From Bacteroidota bacterium (lineage in GTDB: Bacteria; Bacteroidota; Bacteroidia; Bacteroidales; VadinHA17), in the NCBI GenBank assembly GCA_029547705.1, contig JAKPOU010000023.1, positions 5,408 to 69,407 of the forward strand: DNA of 64,000 bases, in the 5' to 3' direction. Shown in pieces: positions 9,809 through 20,528 of the stretch (the stretch's first letter is position 1; every line of letters begins with the position of its first letter). A program made the position numbers and the translations under genes. The notes under the pieces were generated by a model, which had not been told where the DNA came from, did no database searches, and saw nothing but the letters and a program-made list of their open reading frames with translations.

Positions 9809-11776
9809 ATGAAAATCAGATTTTTGTTGCTTTTCACGGCTGCCTCCTTACTCATCTGCCCCACAATTTACTGCCAGGCACTGAATGACAAAACTCTTAT
9901 GACAATTGCCGGACAGGAGGTTACAGCCGGGGAATTCATCCGGATGCTCAAAAAAAGCGGTGACCCGGGTGCAAAGCCTGATGCCGCCGGATACCTCCGG
10001 GAGTTTATTAATTTCAAACTGAAGGTGGCTGACGCCATAAACGAAGGGATTGACACCACTGCTGCATTCCGGAATGAACTGAACGGATACAGGAATCAGC
10101 TGGCACAAAATTACCTCAGCGATCCTGATACAAAGGAGAAACTGCTCAGGGCTGCTTACGACAGATCCCTGACGGAAATAAATGCATGGCATATTCTTAT
10201 CAGCTGTTCGGGGGATTCCCGGCCTGAGGATACACTTCTTGCCTGGCAGAAAGCAATGGAGGTCAGGAAACGGATAATCAGCGGAGAATCCTTTGAACAG
10301 GCAGCCAGGGAATCATCAGATGACCCTTCAGCGGAAATAAACGGTGGCAATCTGGGCTATTTCACGGTATTTCAGATGATCAGCCCCTTTGAGGATGCTG
10401 CATATGCACTGAACAAGGGTGATATATCATTGCCTGTCAGAACACCCTACGGATATCATATCATAAAGGTTGCAGACAGGCGTCCGGCCTCAGGAAAGAT
10501 ACTGACCGCACATATCATGAAAATGTCACCTCCCGGGGCATCGGAAGAAGCTGCCGCAGAGGCCGAAAAATCAATAAATGAGATCTATGACAGGCTCAGG
10601 GAGGGTGCTTCATTCAGTGAACTTGCAGAAAAGTATTCCGACGACAGCGGATCTGCTTCAAAGGGAGGACAGCTCAACTGGTTCGGCACAGGAGAAATAA
10701 TAAGCGATTACGCTGAGGCTGCCTTTGCATTAAAAGACACAGGAAGTTACAGCCTGCCCGTCAGATCGCCATACGGATGGCATATAATAAAACTTCTCGA
10801 CAGGAAAGCTCATGGAACATACGAAGAAATGCTGCCATTCCTGGAGAGCAGGATAAATCCCTCACAGATTAGTGCCCTGAGTAAAAAAACCTTCGTCAGC
10901 AATCTTCAAAAAGAATACAATTTCAGGCTTGACACTGCTGCCTACAACTGGTTTCTCGGCCATACGGACACGCTGATAATAAGGGGCCTGTCAAAGTATA
11001 ACAGAAAAGAGATGCCTGCCGGGAACCTCTTTACCTTTGCCGGCAGACAGTTTTCAACGGAGGAATTTGCTCTGTTCATCGAAAATAAAGGAGCAGGAAC
11101 AGGCATGAAAGCAACGGCAGCTTTCGTTGGCGAATCACTGGATAATCTGGTTTCAGACCAGATTATAAAATATGAAGATTCGGTCCTGGAGGAAAAATAT
11201 CCCGGATTTAAGTATCTTATGAAGGAATTTCACGACGGAATCCTGTTGTTTGATATTTCGGAAAGGAAAGTCTGGAACAGGGTGCAGGAAGACAGCACCG
11301 GCCTGTTCAGATACTATGAAAAACACAGGCAGAACTACCCCGGCAAACGTAAAATGGAAGTAAAAACATATACTCTCAGCCTCAGGAAGGGTGCAGGGAA
11401 ACTCCGGAAAGCATACAGGGGCTTTTCCGGAATGGCGGATTGTGACAAACGGATGCTGGAAAGGTTCAACACGGCAACTGACTCTCTTCTCTCAATTAGC
11501 GAAGCTGTCCTGTCTGAAGGCGATCCCGGGACATACAGGCTGAAATGGAAGGAAGGAGTTGTCAGGACGAAAAGCAACAATTACCCGTCACTGACCGTAA
11601 TAAACAGGATAATTGAACCTTCTCCCCTGCCCTTTGAAGAAGTGAGGACTGAGATAATGGCAGCCTACCAGGATTTCCTGGAAAGCGAATGGCTCGGGCA
11701 GCTAAGGGAGAAATACCCTGTCAGTATTGATACAAAGGTTCTTGAAGAGGTGAAAATGCAGATGGACAATGAATAG
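9809..11776 (+). CDS. Secreted peptidyl-prolyl cis-trans isomerase with two PpiC/parvulin domains
   Basis: Signal peptide, then two rotamase signatures: GGNLGYFTVFQMISPFEDAAYAL...TPYGYHIIKV and GGQLNWFGTGEIISDYAEAAFAL...SPYGWHIIKL. Confidence 0.85.
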   Translation: MKIRFLLLFTAASLLICPTIYCQALNDKTLMTIAGQEVTAGEFIRMLKKSGDPGAKPDAAGYLREFINFKLKVADAINEGIDTTAAFRNELNGYRNQLAQNYLSDPDTKEKLLRAAYDRSLTEINAWHILISCSGDSRPEDTLLAWQKAMEVRKRIISGESFEQAARESSDDPSAEINGGNLGYFTVFQMISPFEDAAYALNKGDISLPVRTPYGYHIIKVADRRPASGKILTAHIMKMSPPGASEEAAAEAEKSINEIYDRLREGASFSELAEKYSDDSGSASKGGQLNWFGTGEIISDYAEAAFALKDTGSYSLPVRSPYGWHIIKLLDRKAHGTYEEMLPFLESRINPSQISALSKKTFVSNLQKEYNFRLDTAAYNWFLGHTDTLIIRGLSKYNRKEMPAGNLFTFAGRQFSTEEFALFIENKGAGTGMKATAAFVGESLDNLVSDQIIKYEDSVLEEKYPGFKYLMKEFHDGILLFDISERKVWNRVQEDSTGLFRYYEKHRQNYPGKRKMEVKTYTLSLRKGAGKLRKAYRGFSGMADCDKRMLERFNTATDSLLSISEAVLSEGDPGTYRLKWKEGVVRTKSNNYPSLTVINRIIEPSPLPFEEVRTEIMAAYQDFLESEWLGQLREKYPVSIDTKVLEEVKMQMDNE

Positions 11777-12626
11777 ATTATTTTTAATATTATTTATGAT
11801 CATCCTGATAGCCGGAGGTTGTAAAAACAACAATTCAAAAAGGGTTCCTCTGGCAAAAGCGGGAAAATCAACTCTCTATCTCGATCAGGTTACCGGACTG
11901 GTTCCGGCAGGCACACCATCCACCGACAGCACTGCACTTGTAAAAAATTACATCAACAGCTGGGCAAAACGCGAACTGATGTACCAGAAGGCCGAGGAGA
12001 ACATTACAGCCGACCTGATGAAGGATATAGACAACCAGGTGAGGGAGGCCAGGATGAATCTCGTCATTTATCAGTATCAGAGGCAGATGATGCTCCAGAA
12101 AATGGATACCACAATAAGTGACACGGAGCTTGAAAACTACTATCTGAACAACAAGGGAAGCTTTGTACTGAACTATAATATAGTGAAGGCCCTTCTGATC
12201 AAGCTTCCCCAGGAAACACCCGGACTGGCAAGAATAAGAAACCTTGCCCGTTCAAACAATCAGGCGAATCTCCATCAGCTTGAATCCCTCTGCTACCAGT
12301 TTGCGGAAAAATATGATGACTTCAAGGACGAGTGGGTGCCCCTGAATCAATTAATGGCGGAATTCCCCTATGTTACAAACAACCAGGAAAATTTTCTGCG
12401 GAATAACACGTTTTATGAGAGGCAAAGCGCGGATTCGGCCTATGTTTACATGCTGTCAATACGCGATTACAGGCTCAGGTCATCAGTTGCACCCTTTGAA
12501 TATGTAAGGGATGATATAAAAAGGATCATATGGACCAACCGGAGACTAGAATTCATACAGTCGCTTGAAAACGGAATATATAATGATGCACTGAAAAAGA
12601 ACATTTTCACCTTACTAACTAAATAA
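11769..12626 (+). CDS. Hypothetical lipoprotein within the PPIase/chaperone cluster
   Basis: 285-aa ORF with a lipoprotein leader (IIAGGCKNN). It overlaps the upstream gene by 8 nt and is followed 6 nt later by the surA-like gene. No catalytic motif recognised. Confidence 0.55.
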   Translation: MNRLFLILFMIILIAGGCKNNNSKRVPLAKAGKSTLYLDQVTGLVPAGTPSTDSTALVKNYINSWAKRELMYQKAEENITADLMKDIDNQVREARMNLVIYQYQRQMMLQKMDTTISDTELENYYLNNKGSFVLNYNIVKALLIKLPQETPGLARIRNLARSNNQANLHQLESLCYQFAEKYDDFKDEWVPLNQLMAEFPYVTNNQENFLRNNTFYERQSADSAYVYMLSIRDYRLRSSVAPFEYVRDDIKRIIWTNRRLEFIQSLENGIYNDALKKNIFTLLTK

Positions 12627-12632
12627 GCTATT

Positions 12633-13991
12633 ATGAGAAGATATTCAGGGTTATTCCTGATTGTGGCTGTATTCTGGCTTTCGGGCCTCATTCCCGGCCG
12701 GGCACAGGTTCTCGTTGAATCTGTTGCGGCAATTGTTGGAAATGAAGTAATCTATCTTTCAGATATTGAAAATATGGTTCTCGATCTCAGAAGCAGCGGA
12801 AACAAAAGACCGGTTGAGGAACTGCGCTGCAATGTGCTCAGGGAACTGCTCATTCAGAAACTCTTTCTCGACCAGGCCCGCCTGGACAGTATTGAGGTAA
12901 CGGACGACATGGTGGAAGGGGAACTGAATGCAAGACTGAATGATGCAATAAGGAGATCGGGAAGCGAAGAGGCACTTGAAAAATATTTCGGGAAAAGTAT
13001 GATTGAGATACGGCGTGATATCCGCAAGGCACTGATTGACCAGGAGATAGTCAGCCAGGTACAGGGTACGGTTGCAGGAAATATCACAATAACTCCAAAT
13101 GAACTGAAAAAATTCTTCAATAATATCCCCGCCGACTCCCTTCCTGTTGTCCCCGCCAGGGTGCAGATCAGCATAATTCAGCTTGATCCTCCTGACAATG
13201 AGGAAAACAAGGCTGAGGCCCGGCAGAAACTCCTGAATATCAGGGGGGAAATACTTGCAGGCAAGAGTTTCTCCGCTTTAGCGGTTCTGTATTCCGAGGA
13301 TCCCGGGACAGCCACGAGAGGAGGTGAACTTGGCTTCATGCTCAGGGGCGAGCTTGAAAAACCCTATGCCGATGAGGCATTCAGCCTTACAAAAAACACC
13401 GTTTCAAGAATCATTGAAACGAGATACGGATTCCACATCATCCAGATGATTGACCGCAACGGCGACCTTATTAATACAAGGCATATTCTCATAAGGCCGA
13501 AAGTAAAACCCGAACAGGCGGCAAGGGCATTACACAGACTCGATTCTCTTGCAAATCTTATCAGGAAAGACAGTCTGAAATTCGAAAATACTGCCATAAG
13601 ATATTCAACGCATAAGGACAGCAGGATAAACGGCGGGAAATACGTTAAGACCAATCCTTCAGAAAGGGATACCTGGTTTACGCTTGAAGAGCTTAACCCG
13701 CAAATGTACGTACAGGTGAGGGATCTCAAAATAGGTGAAATATCCGAAGCCTTCCGTACCGTTGATGAGAACAACAATGAGGTGTTCAGGATTGTCAGGC
13801 TGGATAATGAAGTGCCTGCACACAGGGCCAACCTGAAGGATGATTATCAGAGCCTGAGCAACGCAGCATTGATGAGCAAACGTACAAAAGCTTATGATAA
13901 GTGGATCAGAAAAAAAATTGAAGTCACATATATAAAAATAAGCGACGAATTCAGGTCGTGCGGCTTTCTTGATGAGGGATGGCTAAGGTGA
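12633..13991 (+). CDS. SurA-like periplasmic chaperone / PpiC-type peptidyl-prolyl isomerase
   Basis: Signal peptide and a SurA_N-like region (VAAIVGNEVIYLSDIE...). There is one parvulin domain (GGELGFMLRGELEKPYADEAFSL...TRYGFHIIQMIDR). Confidence 0.85.
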   Translation: MRRYSGLFLIVAVFWLSGLIPGRAQVLVESVAAIVGNEVIYLSDIENMVLDLRSSGNKRPVEELRCNVLRELLIQKLFLDQARLDSIEVTDDMVEGELNARLNDAIRRSGSEEALEKYFGKSMIEIRRDIRKALIDQEIVSQVQGTVAGNITITPNELKKFFNNIPADSLPVVPARVQISIIQLDPPDNEENKAEARQKLLNIRGEILAGKSFSALAVLYSEDPGTATRGGELGFMLRGELEKPYADEAFSLTKNTVSRIIETRYGFHIIQMIDRNGDLINTRHILIRPKVKPEQAARALHRLDSLANLIRKDSLKFENTAIRYSTHKDSRINGGKYVKTNPSERDTWFTLEELNPQMYVQVRDLKIGEISEAFRTVDENNNEVFRIVRLDNEVPAHRANLKDDYQSLSNAALMSKRTKAYDKWIRKKIEVTYIKISDEFRSCGFLDEGWLR

Positions 13992-15562
13992 ATCTTTTTC
14001 AGAAAATAAGAAAGTTAATCCCTGCCGGACAGGTCGTATATGCCGTGCTTATTTTCATAGTTACAATAGCAGCCGCACTTCAGCCACAGGAAATCTCAGG
14101 GAATAAACCCGGCAAAAGAAAAATCATACTCAGACATGCCGATGAAGACATAATCCTGAAAGACAGGGAGACCGGCAAAGACTGGCACAGGCTGCTGGGC
14201 AGCGTTTCCCTTGAACACAACCAGATTTCAATGTTCTGTGACAGTGCACATTTCTATCCCGACAAAAACCAGGTTAAGGCTTACGGCAGCATACACATCG
14301 AGCAGGGTGACACCCTCGATATTTACGGAAATTATCTCTTTTATGACGGCATTACCGAAATAGCAGTACTCACCGGAAATGCGGAACTTGTTGACAAGGA
14401 AACCCACCTTTATACAAACTCCATAACCTATGATGTAAAATCAGAAATTGCACAATACAGGGACAGCGGCAGGATCATCAACGGGGATAATACCCTGACA
14501 AGCAAGATCGGAAGATACTATACTGCCACCAGGATCTTCAATTTCAAAAACGACGTGAAGATTACAAATCCGGATTATATCATGACCGCCGATACCATGG
14601 ATTACAATACCGAAACCAAAACTGCATTTTTTACCGGGCCGTCGGAAATGAAGGGCGACAGTATATATATCTACTGCGAAAGGGGCTGGTATGATACCGG
14701 CAACAAAATATCGCGAATCTGGAAAAATGCATTGCTTGACAACAGGAAACAGATCATCAGGGGCGATTCTCTTTACTATGAGGAAAATAACGGATACGGC
14801 CTTGCATTCGGAAATGCAAGCATCACGGATACAAGTCACCAGGTATCCGTTGCCGGTGATTATGCCTGGTATTACAGGGAACCCGAACGCTTCATGATTA
14901 CCGACAGCGCAGTGTTTATCCAGATATCGGACAAGGATTCCCTTTATCTTCATGGTGATACGATCAGATCGGTCACTCTTACCGACAGCCTGGGAATAAG
15001 CTTCAGGCTTATGTCGGCTTATTACGGATGCAGGATATTCAGCAGGGACATGCAGGCCAAATGCGATTCACTGTCATATTCCTTCAGGGATTCCGTGATA
15101 AGGTTCTACAATGAACCGGTACTCTGGGCAGAGGAAAACCAGATGACCTCCGATTCCATGGCCCTGTTCACGAAAAACAGGAAGGCCGACAGGATGGAAC
15201 TGTTCAGTTCCGCTTTTGTGGCAAGCCAGGTGGATACGATGAGATACAATCAGATCAGGGGCAGATCCCTGACGGGATATTTCAGGGATAATGAGCTTTA
15301 CAAGATCGAAATCAACGGAAACGGGGAGTCTCTCTATTACCTGGGAGAAGGGGATGAAATAATGGCTGTCAACAAGGCTACCAGTTCCGAAATAGAAATT
15401 TACATTGACAACGGGAAGATTTCAGTTATTACGGAGAACCAGAGCCCGGAAGGGGTGATTGACCCTCCGTCCGAAGCACCACAGGGCAATCCGCACCTTG
15501 AGGGATTCAGATGGTATGACCATTTGCGACCAAAGAAGATTCTGGATATCTTCAAGCACTGA
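13979..15562 (+). CDS. OstA/LptD-N-terminal-like repeat protein
   Basis: 527 aa with an N-terminal TM anchor. Repeated OstA-like beta-jellyroll segments follow (LGSVSLEHNQISMFCDSAHFYPDKNQVKAYGSIHIEQGDTL...). It overlaps the surA-like gene by 13 nt. Confidence 0.6.
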   Translation: MAKVNLFQKIRKLIPAGQVVYAVLIFIVTIAAALQPQEISGNKPGKRKIILRHADEDIILKDRETGKDWHRLLGSVSLEHNQISMFCDSAHFYPDKNQVKAYGSIHIEQGDTLDIYGNYLFYDGITEIAVLTGNAELVDKETHLYTNSITYDVKSEIAQYRDSGRIINGDNTLTSKIGRYYTATRIFNFKNDVKITNPDYIMTADTMDYNTETKTAFFTGPSEMKGDSIYIYCERGWYDTGNKISRIWKNALLDNRKQIIRGDSLYYEENNGYGLAFGNASITDTSHQVSVAGDYAWYYREPERFMITDSAVFIQISDKDSLYLHGDTIRSVTLTDSLGISFRLMSAYYGCRIFSRDMQAKCDSLSYSFRDSVIRFYNEPVLWAEENQMTSDSMALFTKNRKADRMELFSSAFVASQVDTMRYNQIRGRSLTGYFRDNELYKIEINGNGESLYYLGEGDEIMAVNKATSSEIEIYIDNGKISVITENQSPEGVIDPPSEAPQGNPHLEGFRWYDHLRPKKILDIFKH

Positions 15563-15644
15563 ATACAGTGCTCAACATTTAATATGGCAGAGAGAAGGAC
15601 CGGGACGGAAAAACCAGCTCTACCTATAACTAAATGATCCTCCC

Positions 15645-15866
15645 CTAATATTCGTCTTCATTGAAAAAAAAGTCATCTTTGCTGGGATAATCAGGCCAGA
15701 TATCCTCAATACCTTCATATATATCCCCCTCATCCTCGATTTCCTGTAAGTTTTCAACAACCTCCAGAGGGGCACCCGATCTTATAGCAAAATCTATAAG
15801 TTCATCCTTGGTGGCGGGCCAGGGAGCATCCTCAAGTTTTGATGCTAATTCAAGTGTCCAGTACAT
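15645..15866 (-). CDS. DUF2795 domain-containing protein
   Basis: 73 aa. The segment DAPWPATKDELIDFAIRSGAPLEVVENLQEIED is the typical DUF2795 core. Confidence 0.7.
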   Translation of the reverse strand: MYWTLELASKLEDAPWPATKDELIDFAIRSGAPLEVVENLQEIEDEGDIYEGIEDIWPDYPSKDDFFFNEDEY

Positions 15867-15902
15867 AATATTCCTTTAAGGGTGAGTTTTTAAAAAAGTT
15901 TG

Positions 15903-15910
15903 CAAATATA
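15903..15910 (-). promoter_or_regulatory. Candidate -7 promoter box (TATATTTG) for the DUF2795 gene
   Basis: The + strand reads caaatata, 37 nt upstream of the ATG at 15866, and matches TAnnTTTG. Confidence 0.4.
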
Positions 15911-15960
15911 TATATTTTTTTAACTGAAAAACAATATAAACCATGCAATATTTACTCACA

Positions 15961-16503
15961 TTATATCAGCCAATTAGTTTCCTCAATATCAAGATCTGAA
16001 CTGATTTTTCTGGACAAAATGAAAAGATAATCGGACAAACGGTTTAGAAATACGCCTGCAAGAGGGATTATTTTATTTTTTGAATAGAGTTTCAGAACTT
16101 TCCTTTCTGCCCTGCGGCAGACACACCTTGCTATATGACAATAAGATACAATAACATTACCGCCGGGAATGATGAAATATTCCAGGGGAATCAAATCTTT
16201 TGCCATTTTATCTATCTCATCCTCAATAGCTTTAACAGATTCCTCGTCCGGAAGAAGTTTCTCCGCAACCTTCCGGTCATCCCCGGAAGAAATCACTGCA
16301 GCAAATTTCATAAGCTGGCTCTGAAGATGAATAAGAAAATCCTTATGCCCGGAATTCTCTTTCAGATCCCTGAGTAGTCCGAGCCATGATATCAGTTCAT
16401 CAATGCTGCCCAGGGCTTCAATCCTGGCATGATGCTTGGGAATTCTGCTGCCTCCGGCAAGCGATGTCGTTCCATCATCACCGGTTCGTGTGTAAATCTT
16501 CAT
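15961..16503 (-). CDS. PduO-type ATP:cob(I)alamin adenosyltransferase
   Basis: MKIYTRTGDDGTTSLAGGSRIPKHHARIEALGSIDEL is the canonical PduO-type N-terminus. 180 aa. Confidence 0.85.
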   Translation of the reverse strand: MKIYTRTGDDGTTSLAGGSRIPKHHARIEALGSIDELISWLGLLRDLKENSGHKDFLIHLQSQLMKFAAVISSGDDRKVAEKLLPDEESVKAIEDEIDKMAKDLIPLEYFIIPGGNVIVSYCHIARCVCRRAERKVLKLYSKNKIIPLAGVFLNRLSDYLFILSRKISSDLDIEETNWLI

Positions 16504-16520
16504 AGGCCGGAAAATTATAA

Positions 16521-17222
16521 TCAGGCGGGTTTATAATTCTCGTTAAGAACATCCTGGAAAATCTCTCCGTCCAGAAGTCTCACTATCCTCGCGGCATGCC
16601 GTGCAATATCTTCTTCGTGGGTAACCACAATGACTGTATTGCCGCTCTTGTGGATTATATCAAGCAGCCCCATGATGTCGAGGGATGTTTTGCTGTCGAG
16701 GTTTCCAGTGGGCTCGTCAGCCAGTATGATTGAAGGATTGTTTACCAGGGCCCGTGCAATGGCAACACGCTGCCTCTGCCCCCCCGACAGCTCATTGGGC
16801 TTGTGTGTCATCCTGTCAGCAAGTCCGACCTGGGTCAGGGTTTCTACTGCCATCTTTTCCCTTTCAGCCTTAGGCACACCGGCATAAATCAATGGCAAAG
16901 TTACATTTTCAAGAGCTGTATACCTGGGCAGCAGGTTAAAGGTCTGGAAGACAAAGCCAATTTCCTTGTTTCTGATCTCTGCCAGGTAATCATCCTCCAT
17001 TTTGCTGACATCTATGCCGTTGAGAATGTAGGTTCCGCTGGTGGGAGTATCCAGGCAGCCAAGAAGGTTCATCAGGGTTGACTTACCCGAGCCCGAGGGA
17101 CCCATTATGGCAACGTATTCATTCCTGTTTATATTTATTGACACTGACCTCAGAGCCCTGACTATTACCGAACCAACCTGATAGTTCTTAACAATATTCT
17201 GAATCTCAATAACTTTATCCAT
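16521..17222 (-). CDS. ABC transporter ATP-binding protein (MacB/LolD-like)
   Basis: Walker A (GPSGSGKST), signature motif ([15 protein letters not shown]), Walker B (ILADEPT). No permease gene is adjacent. Confidence 0.9.
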   Translation of the reverse strand: MDKVIEIQNIVKNYQVGSVIVRALRSVSININRNEYVAIMGPSGSGKSTLMNLLGCLDTPTSGTYILNGIDVSKMEDDYLAEIRNKEIGFVFQTFNLLPRYTALENVTLPLIYAGVPKAEREKMAVETLTQVGLADRMTHKPNELSGGQRQRVAIARALVNNPSIILADEPTGNLDSKTSLDIMGLLDIIHKSGNTVIVVTHEEDIARHAARIVRLLDGEIFQDVLNENYKPA

Positions 17223-17295
17223 AAACCTGCTGTATTAGAATTTGCAATATTAGATTATTTTAACTTAATTCTGAATTAATGTGTATTAAATTTTA

Positions 17296-18084
17296 TTAAT
17301 AGCGTATCACATAGTCAAAACGGCTCATTCCCTTTCTGAAAAAAACCATTCCCATCCTGAAAATATCGATGCTGACTGAAACATTCCCTGAATTCAGTAT
17401 CTCTTTCCATGCCTCCTCCATTTCAGCCGACAAGTGTATGTCATCAACAATGATTACTGTTTCATCTCCCGACATGTCTGCCATCTCACGGAAATACCTC
17501 ACTGTTGCCTCCCTCCTGTGATTCCCGTCAATGAATACGAGTCCGGGCTGTACGGATCTTTTTCTTAATTCCCTGAGTGAATCGTCAAAATCACCTTTTA
17601 TCTGAACAATATTGGCCAGTCCTATACTGCTGAAATTACGTGCGGCAAGAGCTGACAGGGCCGGGCAGCCTTCCAGGGTGATAACCTGCGCATCCGGACT
17701 GGCCGCTGCAAGATACATCGTACTTATGCCGGTGGATGTGCCGAATTCTACTATTCCCGGTCCTCCGAATTCCTGCGCCATCCTGTAAAGCAATTTTCCG
17801 TATGCGGGCGGAACAGCCGAATATTTTGTAATGTCACACACTCTTTTTAAACTTCCTTTTAATGCTAAAGACCCGGACCCCAGATCAAGGACCTCAATTC
17901 TTGTCTTGTCGGAAATCTGCCTTTTTCTGATGTTTTCAACCAATAAGACAATCCCGGGATCAGTTTTATTCCTGAAAACACGCGAAACAAGGTCAAAAAC
18001 AAAGGGACTGTGTATTCCAAAACCCTTCCTGTGCCTTGAAAAGAGAATATACTTCAGGTATTTTACTGCCCTTACGGATAACAT
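17296..18084 (-). CDS. Class I SAM-dependent (O-)methyltransferase
   Basis: SAM-binding motif I (VLDLGSGSL / IVEFGTSTGIST) and an FIDGNHRREA segment typical of O-methyltransferase family 3-like proteins. Confidence 0.6.
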   Translation of the reverse strand: MLSVRAVKYLKYILFSRHRKGFGIHSPFVFDLVSRVFRNKTDPGIVLLVENIRKRQISDKTRIEVLDLGSGSLALKGSLKRVCDITKYSAVPPAYGKLLYRMAQEFGGPGIVEFGTSTGISTMYLAAASPDAQVITLEGCPALSALAARNFSSIGLANIVQIKGDFDDSLRELRKRSVQPGLVFIDGNHRREATVRYFREMADMSGDETVIIVDDIHLSAEMEEAWKEILNSGNVSVSIDIFRMGMVFFRKGMSRFDYVIRY

Positions 18085-18290
18085 AGTCAGATTTAAATAT
18101 CATTCCCGCGAGGTCGGGATTTACACAAAACCTCTGCAAAGCCTTGATTTTCACCAGATTTCTGCAATACCTGGACTTCCTAAAAAACCTCCTGAAGACC
18201 GTGGTTCCCCTGAATGCTTGTACAAACCCCATGGTCAGCCGGATTAGGTAAGCTCTCCAAAAATACTTAATTTCGTCAATCATTGAAAGT

Positions 18291-20414
18291 ATGGGTAACA
18301 TTGCCGGAATGCAGGATCTCCTCGAAACAAATATAACATATCTTCCGGGTGTGGGGCCCAGAAGGGCCGAACTTCTGAACAGCGAGCTCAATATCAGCAC
18401 TTACCGTGACCTCCTGTATTATTTTCCATATAAATATATTGACAGGACGCGTTTTTACAGGATCGCTGAACTGGAACCTGATCTGCCCCATGTTCAGATC
18501 AGGGGTCACATTACCGGATTCTATTCGGAAGGCGGAGGACGGGGAAAAAGGCTTGTGGCCGATTTCAGCGACGATACGGGTACAATAAGGCTTATTTGGT
18601 TCAGGGGAGCCAGATGGATCACCGGAACATATGGTCCGGGGCCGGAGTATATTGTCTTTGGAAAACCTGGCGTCTTCAACGGGCAGATAAACATAATACA
18701 TCCCGAGATTGAGGCAGCGGAAAAAACAGCAGAAAGGATTACATCGGCACTGCAGGCCCACTACAGCACTACCGAAAAATTAAAGAATCATTTCCTTTCA
18801 TCCAAAGCCATCAGTAAGCTCATTGCTACATTGTTACAGAAGATCAACTTCACGCTGCCCGAAACATTGCCGGGATATATCATCGGGAAATACAATCTTC
18901 TTGAACTGGGCAAGGCCCTGTATTCAATTCATTTTCCCCAGGATCCGGGAATACTGGAAAAGGCAAGATACAGGCTGAAGTTCGAGGAGCTTTTTTACAT
19001 CCAGCTGAATCTCATAAGGTTTAAAAGCAACCGTTCCCGGAAGTACAGAGGCTTTGTATTTTCAAACGTGGGGGAAAAATTCAATACATTTTATTTCAGG
19101 AACCTCCCCTTTGAACTTACTTCCGCACAAAAGCGGGTGATGAAAGAGATCAGAAAGGATCTCGGATCCGGGATTCAGATGAACAGGCTGCTTCAGGGTG
19201 ATGTGGGAAGCGGAAAGACCCTCGTTGCCCTGATGAGTATGCTGATAGCGGTTGACAACGGCTATCAGGCATGCATAATGGCACCCACCGAGATACTTGC
19301 AAAACAACATTACCAGACAATCGTTTCCCTGCTCCGTGATATGGATGTGAGCGTAAAGCTTCTCACCGGTTCATCTGCAGGATCACTCAGGAAGGAAATA
19401 AGCCGGTCGCTTCTGGATAAATCACTGAATATTCTTATCGGCACACATGCTCTTATTGAGGATAATGTGCAGTTCGGCAATCTGGGTCTGGTAATCATTG
19501 ATGAACAGCACAGGTTTGGCGTTGAACAGAGAGCCAGGCTGTGGAGAAAAAGCAGCAATCCGCCTCATGTTCTGGTAATGACGGCAACTCCCATACCCAG
19601 AACACTGGCAATGACCCTGTACGGTGACCTGGATGTGTCGGTGATAGATGAACTGCCTCCCGGCAGGATCCCGGTCAGAACCATGCACTTCTTTGATTCC
19701 GAAAAGAATAAGGTGTATGGATTCATGAAAAAGAAAATTGAGGAAGGAAGCCAGGTGTTTGTGGTTTACCCCCTTATCAGGGAATCGGAAAAAATGGACT
19801 ACAGGGATCTTGAAGATGGCTGGGACACTATTTCAAGATTATTTCCGCCTCCCCGCTATTGCATCAGCGTGGTTCACGGACAGATGACCCCCGCCATAAA
19901 GGAGGAGTCGATGAAACTGTTCAGGGAGGGAAAGGCTCATATCCTGATAGCAACAACAGTGATAGAGGTTGGAGTCGATATTCCCAATGCATCGGTGATG
20001 GTCATTGAAAGTGCGGAAAGATTCGGCCTTTCCCAGCTTCACCAGCTGCGGGGACGTGTCGGCAGGGGATCAGACCAGGCATACTGCATTCTGATGAGCG
20101 GAGATAAACTTTCAAAGGAAGCTTCTGCAAGAATAGATGTAATGACAAGATCAAACGATGGTTTTGAAATTGCCGAGCAGGATCTTCTGCTGAGAGGCCC
20201 GGGTGATATTGAAGGAACCATGCAAAGCGGAATTCCCTTTGATCTCAGAATCGCGGACCTTGGGAAGGATGGTCAGCTGATTGCCTGGGTACGTAATATT
20301 GCGGAAGAAATCATAGAGTCTGACCCCCTGCTGGAAAAAGACAGTAATGCAATTCTGAAACATATGCTGAAAAAAATGTTCAGCAAGAAACAATCATGGA
20401 GTAATATAAGCTGA
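18291..20414 (+). CDS. recG: ATP-dependent DNA helicase RecG
   Basis: Wedge-domain N-terminus and Walker A (GDVGSGKT). It also has DEQH (VIIDEQHRFGV), TATPIPRTL, and LHQLRGRVGRG. An alternative start is Met7 at 18309. Confidence 0.9.
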   Translation: MGNIAGMQDLLETNITYLPGVGPRRAELLNSELNISTYRDLLYYFPYKYIDRTRFYRIAELEPDLPHVQIRGHITGFYSEGGGRGKRLVADFSDDTGTIRLIWFRGARWITGTYGPGPEYIVFGKPGVFNGQINIIHPEIEAAEKTAERITSALQAHYSTTEKLKNHFLSSKAISKLIATLLQKINFTLPETLPGYIIGKYNLLELGKALYSIHFPQDPGILEKARYRLKFEELFYIQLNLIRFKSNRSRKYRGFVFSNVGEKFNTFYFRNLPFELTSAQKRVMKEIRKDLGSGIQMNRLLQGDVGSGKTLVALMSMLIAVDNGYQACIMAPTEILAKQHYQTIVSLLRDMDVSVKLLTGSSAGSLRKEISRSLLDKSLNILIGTHALIEDNVQFGNLGLVIIDEQHRFGVEQRARLWRKSSNPPHVLVMTATPIPRTLAMTLYGDLDVSVIDELPPGRIPVRTMHFFDSEKNKVYGFMKKKIEEGSQVFVVYPLIRESEKMDYRDLEDGWDTISRLFPPPRYCISVVHGQMTPAIKEESMKLFREGKAHILIATTVIEVGVDIPNASVMVIESAERFGLSQLHQLRGRVGRGSDQAYCILMSGDKLSKEASARIDVMTRSNDGFEIAEQDLLLRGPGDIEGTMQSGIPFDLRIADLGKDGQLIAWVRNIAEEIIESDPLLEKDSNAILKHMLKKMFSKKQSWSNIS

Positions 20415-20497
20415 TGAAAAACTATTTAAAACCGGAATAAATTATCCTGAGAACCCAATTTCATGATAAAAAGCAGTAAGTAATTTATCCTTATTAG

Positions 20498-20505
20498 TAA
20501 ATTTG
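20498..20505 (+). promoter_or_regulatory. Candidate -7 promoter box (TAAATTTG) for the rseC-rnf operon
   Basis: taaatttg matches TAnnTTTG and ends 23 nt upstream of the ATG at 20529. Confidence 0.45.
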
Positions 20506-20528
20506 GGATTTTCTTTCCGGAGAAATTT

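Noticed and set aside
17993-18400. 135-aa ORF spanning the methyltransferase / recG divergent region (possible N-terminal extension or frameshift)
   Set aside because: It is in a different frame from the methyltransferase, whose N-terminus looks complete. It overlaps both flanking genes and has a TTG-type start, so it is more likely ordinary promoter DNA.
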